NCBI GenBank assembly: GCA_028534125.1
Contig: CM052817.1
Coordinates: forward strand, 76,262,001 to 76,326,000
From: Lama glama
Taxonomy: Eukaryota
Length of the DNA: 64,000 nt
Direction of reading: 5' to 3'
Shown: in pieces, positions 42,540-54,440 of the stretch
Numbering within the stretch: the first letter of the stretch is position 1
How the letters are laid out: each line of letters begins with the position of its first letter
Notes under the pieces: generated by a model
The model's input: only the letters and a program-made list of their open reading frames with translations
Databases searched by the model: none
What the model was told of the DNA's origin: nothing
Translations under genes and position numbers: made by a program

Positions 42540-43500
42540 TATACCTCAAGACAAATGAAAAGGAAAACATGACATACCAAAACTTATAGGGTACAGCAAA
42601 AGCACTTCTGAGAGGACATTTATAGTGATAAACAGCTACATTAAAAAAGAAGGAAGGTCTTAAATAAACAACCCAACTTTATACCTTAATGAGTTAGAAA
42701 AAGAATAAGCGAAGCCCAACGTTAACAGAAGAAAGAAAATAACAAAGCTTGAAGCAGAAATGCATAAAACAGAGACCAGAAATATTGAATTGGTTTTTTG
42801 AAAGGACAAATAAAATTGGCAAACCCTTAACTAGACTAATCAAGAAAAAAAGAATATTCAAATAAATTGAACAGAATTGAAGAAGAGACATTACAACTGA
42901 TGCCACAGAAATGGAAGATGTTATAAGGGACTCTCGCTAACAGTTTTATGCCAACAGATTAGCCCAGAAGAAATAGATAAGGCCTAGAAACACAAAATCT
43001 CCTAAGACCAAATCATGGAGAAGTAGGAAACCTCAACAAACCAGTAACAAATAAGGAGATTGAACTGCCAATAAAAAGCTTCTTAACCAAAAAACTTCAG
43101 GACCAGATGGCTTTACAGTGAATTCTAACAAACATTTAAAGAAGAGTTCATATCAATCCTTCTTCAACTCTTCTAAAAAAAATAGAAGCGGGAACATTTC
43201 CAACTCATCCTGTAAGGTCAGTATTACCTTGACCTCAAAACTAGACAAAAACACAAGAAAAGTAATCGCCAATATTCTTGGTGGACATGGTTGCAAAAAT
43301 CTTCAACAAAATATTAACAAACCGAGTTAAGCACATTAAAAGGAGTATATACCATGGTCAAGTGGGATTTACCCCTGGGATGCAACAATGGCAAATCAAT
43401 CAATATGATACACTACATTAACAGAACAAAAGATAGAAATCATATTATCATCTCAATAGATGCAGAAAAAACATTTGGCAAAATCTGATACCCTTTCATG
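42540..43500 (+). mobile_element. Degenerate L1 ORF2 internal fragment
   Basis: acataccaaaacttatagg...gacattacaactgatgccacagaaat...ggaccagatggctttacagtgaattc...atcatctcaatagatgcagaaaaa. Confidence 0.85.
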
Positions 43501-43915
43501 CTTCTATATAGAGCTATAATTAACGGAGTCCTTGTCTTTAAAAAAAATGGATGTAAATAGAGACAATACAATATTTTCTAAATAATTAGAAGATACAAAT
43601 ATAATAGCTTTCCAACTCTTTTGCATTTGTTTATATGAATAAGTGGTATACACAGAGTTTATCTTCCTCACAATATTAAAAGCAATTAAGTTTCTCAGGA
43701 AAACACACTTTTCTCCAATTTTTCTTTTAAAAATAAAGGCTTTTTCCTTCCATAGCATCATATGTTATATTTTGTAAAACTTTGGGAAAATAAAGAGCAA
43801 AATACATTTGTTCTTCTCAGTTTGATTACATCTACTGTTAATTTTTGGTATATATAGCTCTTATTGTCACTGTCTCTTTCCATCTCTCTGGCTCTGCCTT
43901 TCCCTCTCTCTAGAA

Positions 43916-43936
43916 ACACACACACACACACACACA
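43916..43936. repeat. (CA)n microsatellite
   Basis: Direct reading. Confidence 0.9.
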
Positions 43937-43937
43937 C

Positions 43938-44428
43938 TGTATTAGTTACTGTTCTCCAAGGAAACATCAAATAGAATACATGTAATATATATATTTAAAT
44001 AAACATATGATATTTAACATAAGGAATTGACTCACGTGATTATGTAGACTAAGTCCCACGATCTACTGTCTGCAAGCTGGCAACCCAGGAAAGCTGTTGG
44101 TGTAAATTTCAGTCTGAGTCCAAATGCCTGAGAACCAGGAGTGGTAATGGCATAAGTATCTGTCCAAGAGCAAGAAAAAATCAAAGTCTCAAGAAGTCAG
44201 AGAGTGAGAATTCAGCTTTCCCCCACCATTTTGTTCTATCTGAATTATAAATAGGTTGGATGATGCCCATCCACACTGGAGAGGTCCATCTGCTCGACTC
44301 AGTCCACAAATTTAAATGCTCATCTCTTTCTGAAACACCTTCACAGACACACTCAGAAGTAATATTTAACCCGATATTGGGGCAATCCATTGGCCTCGTC
44401 TAGTTGACACATAAAATTAGCTCTCATA
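43938..44428 (-). mobile_element. ERVL (MLT2B-like) solo LTR
   Basis: tgtattagtt...ttctcca...aaggaattgactcacgtgattatg...ctgtctgcaagctgg...gttgacacataaaattag. Confidence 0.8.
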
Positions 44429-44469
44429 TACACAAACATATCCCATACATTATCTCACAGAGAACAGAT

Positions 44470-44690
44470 AGTAATAGCTAACATGTAATGAGCAATTACT
44501 CTATACCAGGAAATGACTTAAATGTTTTACAAACACCATCATATTTAATGCTCAAACAATTGTTTACACCATTCCCATGGAAAATGTAATCAAGGTTTGG
44601 GTAAGTTCTGTAAATCACCCAGATTTCCATCTTACTAAAGGCAGGTCAAGGCAAGATTGAAAGCCAGCTCCATGTTCTCCTAAGCAGTAT
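44470..44690 (-). mobile_element. Degenerate MIR
   Basis: aatagctaacatgtaatgagc...tcatatttaatgctc. Confidence 0.45.
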
Positions 44691-44809
44691 TTTATCACAT
44701 AATTGGACATTATAAATCAAGATGTGTTTAGTGGCTGACTACTATTCAGTCTTCCAGATCACAGCATATTTTCTGAGATTCTTCTAGTTTTATTTTCTTA
44801 GGTTTCCCT

Positions 44810-44917
44810 ATTTTCTTTCTTTCTTTCCTTCTTTTCTTTCCTTTCCTTTCCTTTTTCTGTCTTTCTTTCCCTTCCTCCCTTCCTTCCTTCCTTCCTTCCT
44901 TCCTTCCTTCCTTCCTT
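44810..44917. repeat. Polypyrimidine / (TTCC)n microsatellite
   Basis: Direct reading; source of the KEGR-repeat ORF. Confidence 0.9.
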
Positions 44918-45884
44918 ACTGTTAACACATGCCAACATGCATTTACAGTTTTCTTTATGGATAACTTATTTCTGATTATTTCTTCAAAATAACTTTTTAA
45001 ATTGTTAGAAATTATGTAAGGAATTATGACATGAGGGCCATACTGTCTTCCAGTTTATAAATCCTCCTTTACAACTCATCCTTTTGGAAACATTATAATA
45101 TCATATAATAAAATATGAGTCAGGAATAAATAGACATTATAGCTTGAATATCCCCCATTTTCTGTAAATTTACTTTAAATCTTCATGTTATTATTGATTA
45201 AATTGTATACGTTAAATAGCCCTGGGCATCATTTAACATTTAGGAAAGAGGCTCCATGGCAGTCTAATGATGGCTAGGGTTCAAGGATCTTTTCTTTTTA
45301 GGAAGTCCTTAGATGATTGTGCACAGCAAAGTTTAAAGAACCACTATACATGCGGACGTTCGAATGCCTTAATTTAACTCTATCCACTTTCAACAGACAT
45401 ACAACACAGTAATATGATGCAACTAGCAAACTTCTCGATTGCTTGTCCTCCTCCAGGTGATCCTTTCCTCCAGTTCAAGGAAATGTTCTCTTTTTGCTCA
45501 GCTCAGATGTATTCAGCTAATTTCAGGCCAACAGTGGCAGTAAGTTAGTTATTATACATCAAAATCCCAGAGTACTGTCAATATGAAGTTACTGCAGTTG
45601 AAGATGATTAACATTAATCATAGAGTCTCCTGAATATGCTTAAGCTATGATATAATAACTATGCTTAAGCTATAATAACTTAAGTATAAAACCAGATCAT
45701 ACAGTGCAAGAATGTTAGTGGCTCACACAATGATTCACCAAAATATGAATTACAAAGATTACTCAGGTCTTTTTGTAAACAAAATGTAAACAAAAGATAT
45801 ATATATATACACACACATAAAGATATACACACAATCAACTCTGAAATAACTACTAAATCTATTCATTGGGTATTTACTTTTTAA

Positions 45885-46290
45885 AAAAATAACAGTTTTA
45901 GTAATATGTATTATACATGCTACAAAAATTCACTCACGTAAAGTATACCTACAGAGTTGTGCAACCATCAACACAATCTAATTTCATAATGTTTCCATCA
46001 CTCCAAAAAAGTCTCATGCCCATCAGTAATTACTCCGTATTCCCACCTGCTCTCCAAACACTATTTACTTTTTGCCTCTACAGACATGACACTTCTGAAA
46101 ACTTCTATAAGTGGAACATATAACATGTATTTTTTTATGCCTGGCTTCTTTCACTTTGCATGTTTTTGAGCTCAGCTATGTCACAGCATGTATTAGCACC
46201 TCATTCATTTTTATTCCTGAATAATATTCTATCACTTAGATATAGCACATTTTATTTATGTATTCAACAGTTGATAGACATTTTGGTTTT
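45885..46290 (-). mobile_element. Old L1 (L1MB/ME-like) 3' end
   Basis: cagagttgtgcaaccatca...ctggcttctttcact...ttcatttttattcctgaataatattc...cagttgatagacattttgg. Confidence 0.7.
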
Positions 46291-46429
46291 TTGTTTTTAA
46301 TAATTTATTTTATTATCTATCATTATTTTTCATTTATTTTAAATTATTTATTATTTTTTAAGTAGTATGGTAGTGGTTTGTGTTTACATCCTCAGAATGT
46401 TATGTCTTGCCTATGGCCTTTTATCCATA

Positions 46430-46518
46430 TTTTTTAAAATAAAGGTACTGGAGATTGAACCCAGGATCTTGTGTACACTAAGTGCGTGCTCTACTACTGA
46501 GCTATACCCTTACCCACC
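46430..46518 (-). mobile_element. Vic-1-like tRNA-derived SINE
   Basis: ggtactggagattgaacccaggatcttgtg...ctaagtgcgtgctctactactgagctataccct. Confidence 0.75.
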
Positions 46519-46529
46519 CTGGTTGTTTA

Positions 46530-48515
46530 TTTAAATAAAACATAATTGTTTATATTAAAAACCCTAAGTGCACTGTAAAAATACTAGTGGTAAAAATAAA
46601 TTACTCAAGGGATAAGACTATATATCAATATATAAGAATATAAGCGTATCATTTATAATACCAAAAATTAAAAATAAAATCTTAAGACAAATACTAATTA
46701 CTATAGTATCAGAATATATTAAATACTTAGTGTTAAACGTAACAAAATATAATCTGTACACTGAAATCTACAAAATCTTGCAGTGAGAAATTAAAGAACT
46801 AAGCAAATGGAGATAACTCGTCCAAGGATCAGAAAGCTCAATATTGTTAGTGTGTCACTTCTCCTGAAATTGATTTATAGATTCAATGCAATCTCCATCA
46901 AAATCCCAGTAAGGTTTTGTTTGTAGAAATTTAAACTAGTTCTAAACTTTTTATAGATATGTGACACAGTTAGAATAGACACAATAATTTTGAAAAAGAA
47001 GAAAAAAGTTACATGTGTTAAAGTACCTGATTTCAAGACTTACAATGAATATACATGGTATGGTATAATGGTAGGCATAAATATGACCAGAACAGGATAC
47101 ATAGTCCAGAACCAGAACACAACATATGTAGTCAATTAATTTTCTACAAAACTTGAAATGATATTGCATGGAGAAAGGAATATTATTTGTTTTGTTTTTA
47201 ACAGTGGGTGCTGGATGACTTTATAGTCATATGAAAAACAAAAACAAAAACCCTGACCCTTATTTCACATCATATACAAAAATAATGTATGTAAAATGGA
47301 TGTTGGGCCTAACTTAAAAGCTTAAAAAAACTTTCTAGATAAAAAAAATACACAGTATAAACTTGTGTAGCTATTTTATATATACCAGTCAGTATCTGCA
47401 AATCTGACTATACTTCAATTAAAAAAAAAAAAAAAAGAAAAAATACAGAACACCTTTGTGGTCTTAGAGTAGGCAAAAATATTTAGAAAGAGCACAACAG
47501 AATGAATCATGAAAGAAAATATGATCAACTGTATTTTATCAAAATTAATTCTGATCTTCAATAGACACCACTAAGAGAATAAAAAGGCATAAATTGGTAG
47601 AATATAGAGAAACTACAGGTATCTGACAAAAGAATTATATCCAGACTATATAAAGAATTCTAGTAAGTTATTTATTTTTAAAAAAGCAATGAAATATGAT
47701 TTTTAAATGATTTAAACAGACATTTCTCATAAGAGGATAGACAGAAATAGACAATAAGCCCAAGAGTAGATATTCAGTATCACTAGCCACCAGGCAGTTA
47801 CAGAGTTAGAATCATGATTAGATACTATTACATATCTCATAGAATAGCAAAGATTTTTAAAATGTTGATAATTTCAACATTATCAAAGATATAATGTGAT
47901 GTGAACTTTTATACATTCCTGGTGGGATTATAAAGTGGCCCAACTACTTTAGAAAACAGTTCATGGGATTTTTATAAAGTTACTTTATAACATAAATTTA
48001 CTTTTAAACATAAACTTGCAACACGATCCACCAATTCCTTCACAAAGCATTTATCCAGAAGAAATGACATGTAAATCTGCAAAAAAGACATATACAAATA
48101 TTCATAGCCACATTATTCATAATAACAAAAAATTGGATACAACCAAAATGTCCATCAGCTGAAGAATGCATAAATAAATTGTGCTGTATCTACAGGGTGT
48201 AATTTTGCTTAGCAATGAAAAGGATAATTTATGGATTAATATCTAAAAATATCATGCTGAACGTAAGCACACACAGATAGTACATACTTTACAATTCTAT
48301 TTCTATTAAGCTAAAGAAAGACAAATCTATTCAGACAAATGTGCATGATGGCATACAATCAGGAGTTGCCTGGGGTGGTAGATTATAAGAATTGAGGCAA
48401 GTTTCTCGGGAACTTCTACTAGTGATAGAAATGTTCTATCTTGACTGTGGTAGTAGTAACAAATGGTCAGATTTTATTGCACTAAATTTGTTCTCAACAT
48501 TCATTTTTAAAAAAA
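46530..48515 (+). mobile_element. Old L1 (L1ME/MB-like) ORF2 3' half and 3' UTR
   Basis: ctgtacactgaaatctacaaa...aaattgatttatagattcaatgcaatc...acctgatttcaagactta...caaccaaaatgtccatcag...gaaatgttctatcttga. Confidence 0.75.
47351..47436 (+). mobile_element. Tiny twin-primed (5'-inverted) L1 insertion
   Basis: Antisense L1 3' UTR piece (cagtataaacttgt...ctattttatatata...agtatctgcaaatc) joined to the sense terminus tgactatacttcaatt plus polyA; aaaaaataca on both flanks. Confidence 0.7.
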
Positions 48516-48544
48516 TTGAATTAAGAATAAATCTTAATCCCTTT

Positions 48545-48667
48545 TTCTAAATAGACTTTGTTTTTATTTTTTACTTTATTTATTTAATAGAGGTACTGGG
48601 GATTAAACCCAGGACTTCATGCATGCTAAGCATGTGCTCTACCACTGAGGGCTATTTCCCCACCCCT
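48545..48667 (-). mobile_element. Vic-1-like tRNA-derived SINE
   Basis: gaggtactggggattaaacccaggacttcatgcatgctaagcatgtgctctaccactgag. TSD aaatcttaa on both sides. Confidence 0.8.
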
Positions 48668-49640
48668 CAAAATCTTAACCTCTTACAGTGGTTCTGGCAC
48701 TAATTTATTCAGTAGCTTTAGATAAATTGCTTAACTTTATAGGGTTTTCCTAAACTGAAAGAAAACAATTTAGACTAGAAAATTTCTAAAGTGTGCTTCA
48801 GTTCCAATTTCTAAAATTCTATGACACATAATAGTAAAATAAAATAATAAAAGCACAATAATAGGCAAGTAGATGTTATTATTTTAAAAAGTATTCTATA
48901 TAAAAAGCAGTGTTAAAAAGAATGACCTTTTGCCTATGTTACATACTAAAGGTGGGGAGGAGTATGATTTGAAGCAGTAATTTCAGAGAGATAAATTTTA
49001 AATCTTTGTGCGGAAGATTAATTTTGCTGTTTGGAAACCCATATAAACTAAGTAGAATGAGTAGTGTTTCTGGAAGAAACTAAATAAAAGACGTGTTTTG
49101 GTGAATTGATGGCATTCTCATTTGATGGATACAGCAGCTAAAGCAGCCTCAGGCAGAAAACAGAAAACATGCTCTGGGTGTTCATTTTATTTAGGGAAAA
49201 TGACTCATGTCAATAAGGAGTTGAAATAAAAACATATGCAAATCGTGAAAATTTGTTTCATTACTTTGCATTCAAATTTATAATCACAAGGAAATTCTTC
49301 TAATAAATGTAAACTACTTTCCAGAGTGTTTACTTTTATCTGGTTAATCATAACTTTCACCCACTCAGTGCACAAATGGTACCTTTCTCTCCCCCCTAAA
49401 ATATACTATCCACATCAGAAATCAAAATGTAAAAAGCCAAAAAAAAAAAATACCCAGTTTCTTCCATTTAGTGTTAACAATGATTAAGAGAGCAGACTGG
49501 CAAAAGTACAATAAAACCTTAGAAATCTGATTGTTAACAAACTTCTGACAAACCATATTGCCATGTGTTTAACTTCCCTCTGGTGATCTCGTAACTCCTT
49601 TGCTTGCAATTAGTCTTTGCTTTCATTTGAAATTGACTTT

Positions 49641-49773
49641 TTTTCATTTTTTTTTTAATTTAGGTATTGTCAGTTTACGATGCTGTGTTAGTTGCTGGTG
49701 TAACAGCACAGTGATTCAGTTTTACATATATACATACTTTTTCATTACAGGCTATTACAAGCTATTGAATATA
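49641..49773 (-). mobile_element. Very short L1 3'-end insertion
   Basis: PolyT then gtcagtttacgatgctgtgttagtt...gctattgaatata. TSD gaaattg(a/g)cttt at 49629-49640 and 49774-49785. Confidence 0.75.
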
Positions 49774-52143
49774 GAAATTGGCTTTTGAGCATAGTTTTTG
49801 TGCTGCAAAAAGAATTGGGTCCTACCTCTTTATCCTTTCCTTTGCAAAAGCAATTTTCAAAAATGTACATTATTGATCTGGAGTCAACTTAACTCACTTA
49901 TAGCCACATATATCTTCATTGCCATCACAAGCACCTAACTCCTTATCTCTCTTTCACTGGGCGTTCCATCAGCTTTTTTAATTCGCACTTTCAGCCTGGT
50001 AGCAGGTACTGATTAATGGGGAAAATAACAAGGACTTCTTAGAACTGCAGAATGTTTTACTCCTGAGTACCATTGCTGTGTGTGTGCTGTGACAAGGAAT
50101 TTATGACCACCACTGTTATACTTTTATGATCAGATAACCTCGGCAAATCCTGTGCTTTAAGACTTCAATTGAATGTTTCCGCAGAGTCTGCTTTGCCAAA
50201 TCCCACACTCTCCTAACATTCTGTCTCTTTGTTTATGTTTTTGGCAAATTAAAATAGTAAATTTCAATTACAAATGTTGTCAAAACACTTTCATTGTCAG
50301 GTTGCTTAAGAATAAAGTTAACAAAAGACATGCAAGAAGTATATCCTGAGACTATTCATGGAATGGAATGGATCTGTGACTGAATGCAATTCCAATAAAA
50401 ATCAGTAGAGGATTTTACAGAAATTGAGAAGCTAACTGAACAATTCACACGCTGAAACAAGGACTTAGAAGCAAAAGTAATCTTGAAAAACATTTTATAT
50501 CCTACAACATCTAATTTCAAGTTGTAAGGCTAGACCATAGATCAATAAAACAGTAAAACAGAATAAGGATCATAAGATTCTCTCTCTCTTCTCAAGATGG
50601 GATTTGCTGGAAAGGACTTTTAAGGGAACTTTTTGGGATGATAAAAATATTCTGTATTTCCTGATACATGGTGATGTACACATGGGTTGCCAAATTTTAC
50701 CAAACTGGACTCTTGTGCTTAAGATCTTTATAACTTACTATACTTAAGTTTTACCTGAACTACAACAAAACAGCAAAAATAAAAACAATGTGACCTGCAA
50801 ATGAGAAATTATGTTTTAAATGAAAAACCATTAGAAAAAATAGAAGATATGGCTGAACTGAATAGGAATTTAAATATAACACTTCGAAAACTTCTATTTT
50901 TAGGAAAGAATAGTTAGGTTCAGTTACAATGATAGCAACAAGATCAACAGTAATCGTATTCTGAAAGAGTACTATGATTTAAAAATGACACGTTGGAAAG
51001 AAGGTTTGTGCGAATATGTTACATATATTTGTGCATTAAATCATTTCTGAGTTATTTACTTTCAGATTTTTAAGTACAAAGAACAGCATTCTAAATCTAT
51101 TTAATTCTATCAATGGTTCATATCTGCATGAGACTTTTTTTAAAGAAAAGAGACTATTCTGGTATCATTGAGAATAGTGTATCCCTCTTCAACTTTATTT
51201 CCCCCCTCCCTATTGAGAGAACACAATTATTTTTAAGTTGTTTTATAACATTTCTCATAAGTCATTAAATTTGTATACATCTATAAGATATATGACATTT
51301 ATACATGTTTTAAACTCTAAATAAGTAATACCACACTCTGTATTCCCTTTGGCATTGATTTATAGGCTTATCATTATTGTAATGGGATTGATCTATGCAT
51401 GAAATTATGTGTGACTTTAACAAGCAACCAACACTTAGTTCCTTCTTTCTTTTGACAGTATCAGTATCCTCCTTGTTGGAACACTTGGAAGGGTCTATAA
51501 CACCAAAGAGAATGTCTCCATGAGTGCCTGGGCCACGATGGAGAACAGGTTCTAAATGTAGTCAATGCTCTGTTAAATTCTGGATATTGTCTGCAACTGG
51601 ACTCTGGTTCGTAAAGAAAAACAAAGCACACTGAAGTGCTTGCTGATCTACAGACTTACTGTATAGCTTGCTTTGGTAATCTGTATTTTTCACTGACTGC
51701 AAGGAATAGCAATGTCAAATTTTCCTTGAATAACTTCTGTACTTGTAGACAGAAAATCATTATCATCTGTGACCACTTACTCCCCAAATTTTCAATGCCA
51801 CCTAGTATCTCCTGTGGCATGATTGTGTGGTTATTTCTGAGGCCCACTTACAAAGGGCTATAACTAACACCCACTGTTTTGTGAATTTTTTTTTTTTCCT
51901 ATTCCTGGAACAAGATCCCCAGAGGGGATTTTTTTGATAAACATACAAGGAAGCAGTTTTATCTTTCTGCTTATAGTATCCATTTATGAATCTTCCACTC
52001 TCCAAGCAGCTCCAGTCTTGTGATCAAATTCTGTCTCCAGGCATCCTTCCCTTACTGATAACTGTGTGTAAACAGCTAGACTGGTGGTGCTAACCTACAA
52101 ACACAGCTCAGCACCATAAGATACTCATTTGTGACTAACATAC

Positions 52144-52528
52144 TCTATTAGACTGTTAGAGCTGCCAGAACAAAATACCATAGATTGAGAGGCATAAACA
52201 ATAAAAATTTATTTTCTCACAGTCTGAGGGCTGGAAGTCCAAGATCAAGGTAATGCAGGGTTGGATTCGGGGAATCCTGTCTTTCCGGCTTATAGACAGC
52301 TGTCTTCTGGCTGCTCCTCACATAGCCTATCCTTGTGCACATGTGCAGAGAGGAAGAACGCTGGTGTTTCTCTTCACATAAGGACACTAATTCTATCAGG
52401 TCAGAGCCTCTCCCTTATGACTTCATTTAACCCAAACTGTCTTCCTAAAGGCCATGACTTGAAATACAATCATGTTTGGGGTTAAGACTTTGACATATGT
52501 ATTTGGAGAGAACACTGAGTCTGTAACA
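52144..52528 (-). mobile_element. MaLR (MLT1A/B-like) solo LTR
   Basis: gctgccagaacaaaataccatagattg...aaatttattttctcacagt...ggctggaagtccaagatcaagg...gtctgtaaca. Confidence 0.8.
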
Positions 52529-53717
52529 CATACACAAGCACTTGGGTTAAAATTACCAAAATTTACATGATTCACATAGTCCAGTCTCTGCTCTGTTTGT
52601 GCTATTATTTTCCTCCTGACTTAGTTAATATTTATTCTAAGTGGTATATCTACTTTAATTTAAAAAAAATTACTCTACTTTGTAACTTACGCTATTCTTT
52701 GTAGACTGCAAAACTGACATGAAATTTTAAACAGTATCTAAGTAAAAAGAGTATTTGAACTTAGCCCAAACACTAAATGGGATTTTCTAAGGGTAAGTCA
52801 GTAAACTATTAAAGTAAGACCTTTCATTATGGCCATTGCTTAGAAAAACAAAATTTTCAAGTTCAGCAAACCTTGGTTTCTGCCTGTGAATTATTAATTT
52901 TAAATGATGATTTTACATAGGTTAAGCACTTTGTTTTGGAAACAATTCAATCTAGACACAAAAAAATAGTCAAACCATAACACAACTTGTGAAAAGCACC
53001 AGAGTAACTACCCCAGGAGACTTGGAAATGAATTGCATACTGTAGCCTTTTTGGTAAATACATTAATTTTTATTTCTAAAACAATTAGATAGTGTGGGTT
53101 TCCCGGGCACAGAGTACAGCTCTCCCAGCTGGTGTTACTGGTAGAAGAGAGCATTCACTTAGTTTTCTTCCTTTATTTACTAAGATGTCTGGTTTTATTC
53201 TTAATATTATTCGTTCCTGTGTTTTTTCCTCCTGCCCTTCGGAGAATCAAGTCTGTAAACTGCGCTCTGGCAATGCATTTCCATTGCAGGATCCTAGCTT
53301 TACAATAGAGAATTACTAGAAATATAAACCATTTGTTATAAGCAGAAGACTTTTAATATCTATGTAGCAAGTACTGGAAAGTGAAAAACAGGTTTACACT
53401 TTACCGTTTGTTGTATTTATTCTTTCTCTTTTCATAATATCTCACTTGCCTCTTCTAGACACAATGAACTCTTGAAGTCTTTGGCAAGATAGTCCCTGCT
53501 CTTCCAGCACATATACCTAGCATCTAAACTAAGATGACTTGCTACTCATCTGTGAAAGACTCTGCCCGCTGCAGATCAGTCATGAAGACTCTGATTCATC
53601 CACCACTTAATGTGACTTTTTCTTTCTCTTACCCTAAGCATGAAGGATAATGTATACACTTGTATCCCAAGCAGAAGTGAAATTCTCTTTGCAGAACTGA
53701 TTTTATTGTTTTTTTTT

Positions 53718-54217
53718 NNNNNNNNNNNNNNNNNNNNNNNNNNNNNNNNNNNNNNNNNNNNNNNNNNNNNNNNNNNNNNNNNNNNNNNNNNNNNNNNNNN
53801 NNNNNNNNNNNNNNNNNNNNNNNNNNNNNNNNNNNNNNNNNNNNNNNNNNNNNNNNNNNNNNNNNNNNNNNNNNNNNNNNNNNNNNNNNNNNNNNNNNNN
53901 NNNNNNNNNNNNNNNNNNNNNNNNNNNNNNNNNNNNNNNNNNNNNNNNNNNNNNNNNNNNNNNNNNNNNNNNNNNNNNNNNNNNNNNNNNNNNNNNNNNN
54001 NNNNNNNNNNNNNNNNNNNNNNNNNNNNNNNNNNNNNNNNNNNNNNNNNNNNNNNNNNNNNNNNNNNNNNNNNNNNNNNNNNNNNNNNNNNNNNNNNNNN
54101 NNNNNNNNNNNNNNNNNNNNNNNNNNNNNNNNNNNNNNNNNNNNNNNNNNNNNNNNNNNNNNNNNNNNNNNNNNNNNNNNNNNNNNNNNNNNNNNNNNNN
54201 NNNNNNNNNNNNNNNNN
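53718..54217. other. Assembly gap (500 N)
   Basis: Run of N. Confidence 1.
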
Positions 54218-54440
54218 TCTAAATGCATTGGCAGAGAAGTTAATACTTTAAGAACTCAAAAAGATACAATGCAAATTATTAATCAATAAACCCAATTGTA
54301 CCCTACAATCGACCTCAAGTCATTACTCAAATATTTAGTTCAAGGATTATCTTGAATCACCATTTTTTTCTATCTATTGCATTTTTTCTACACTGTTCAA
54401 ACAAACTTTTCTTTTTCCCAACTTAAAAAATAAACTATCT

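Noticed and set aside
44746..44928. Lys/Glu/Arg-rich ORF
   Set aside because: Translation of a (GGAA)n microsatellite.
51430..52100. Overlapping short ORFs in balanced-composition sequence, as a possible exon or ancient element
   Set aside because: I could not recognise any protein or repeat family; a BLASTX or Dfam search is needed before any claim.
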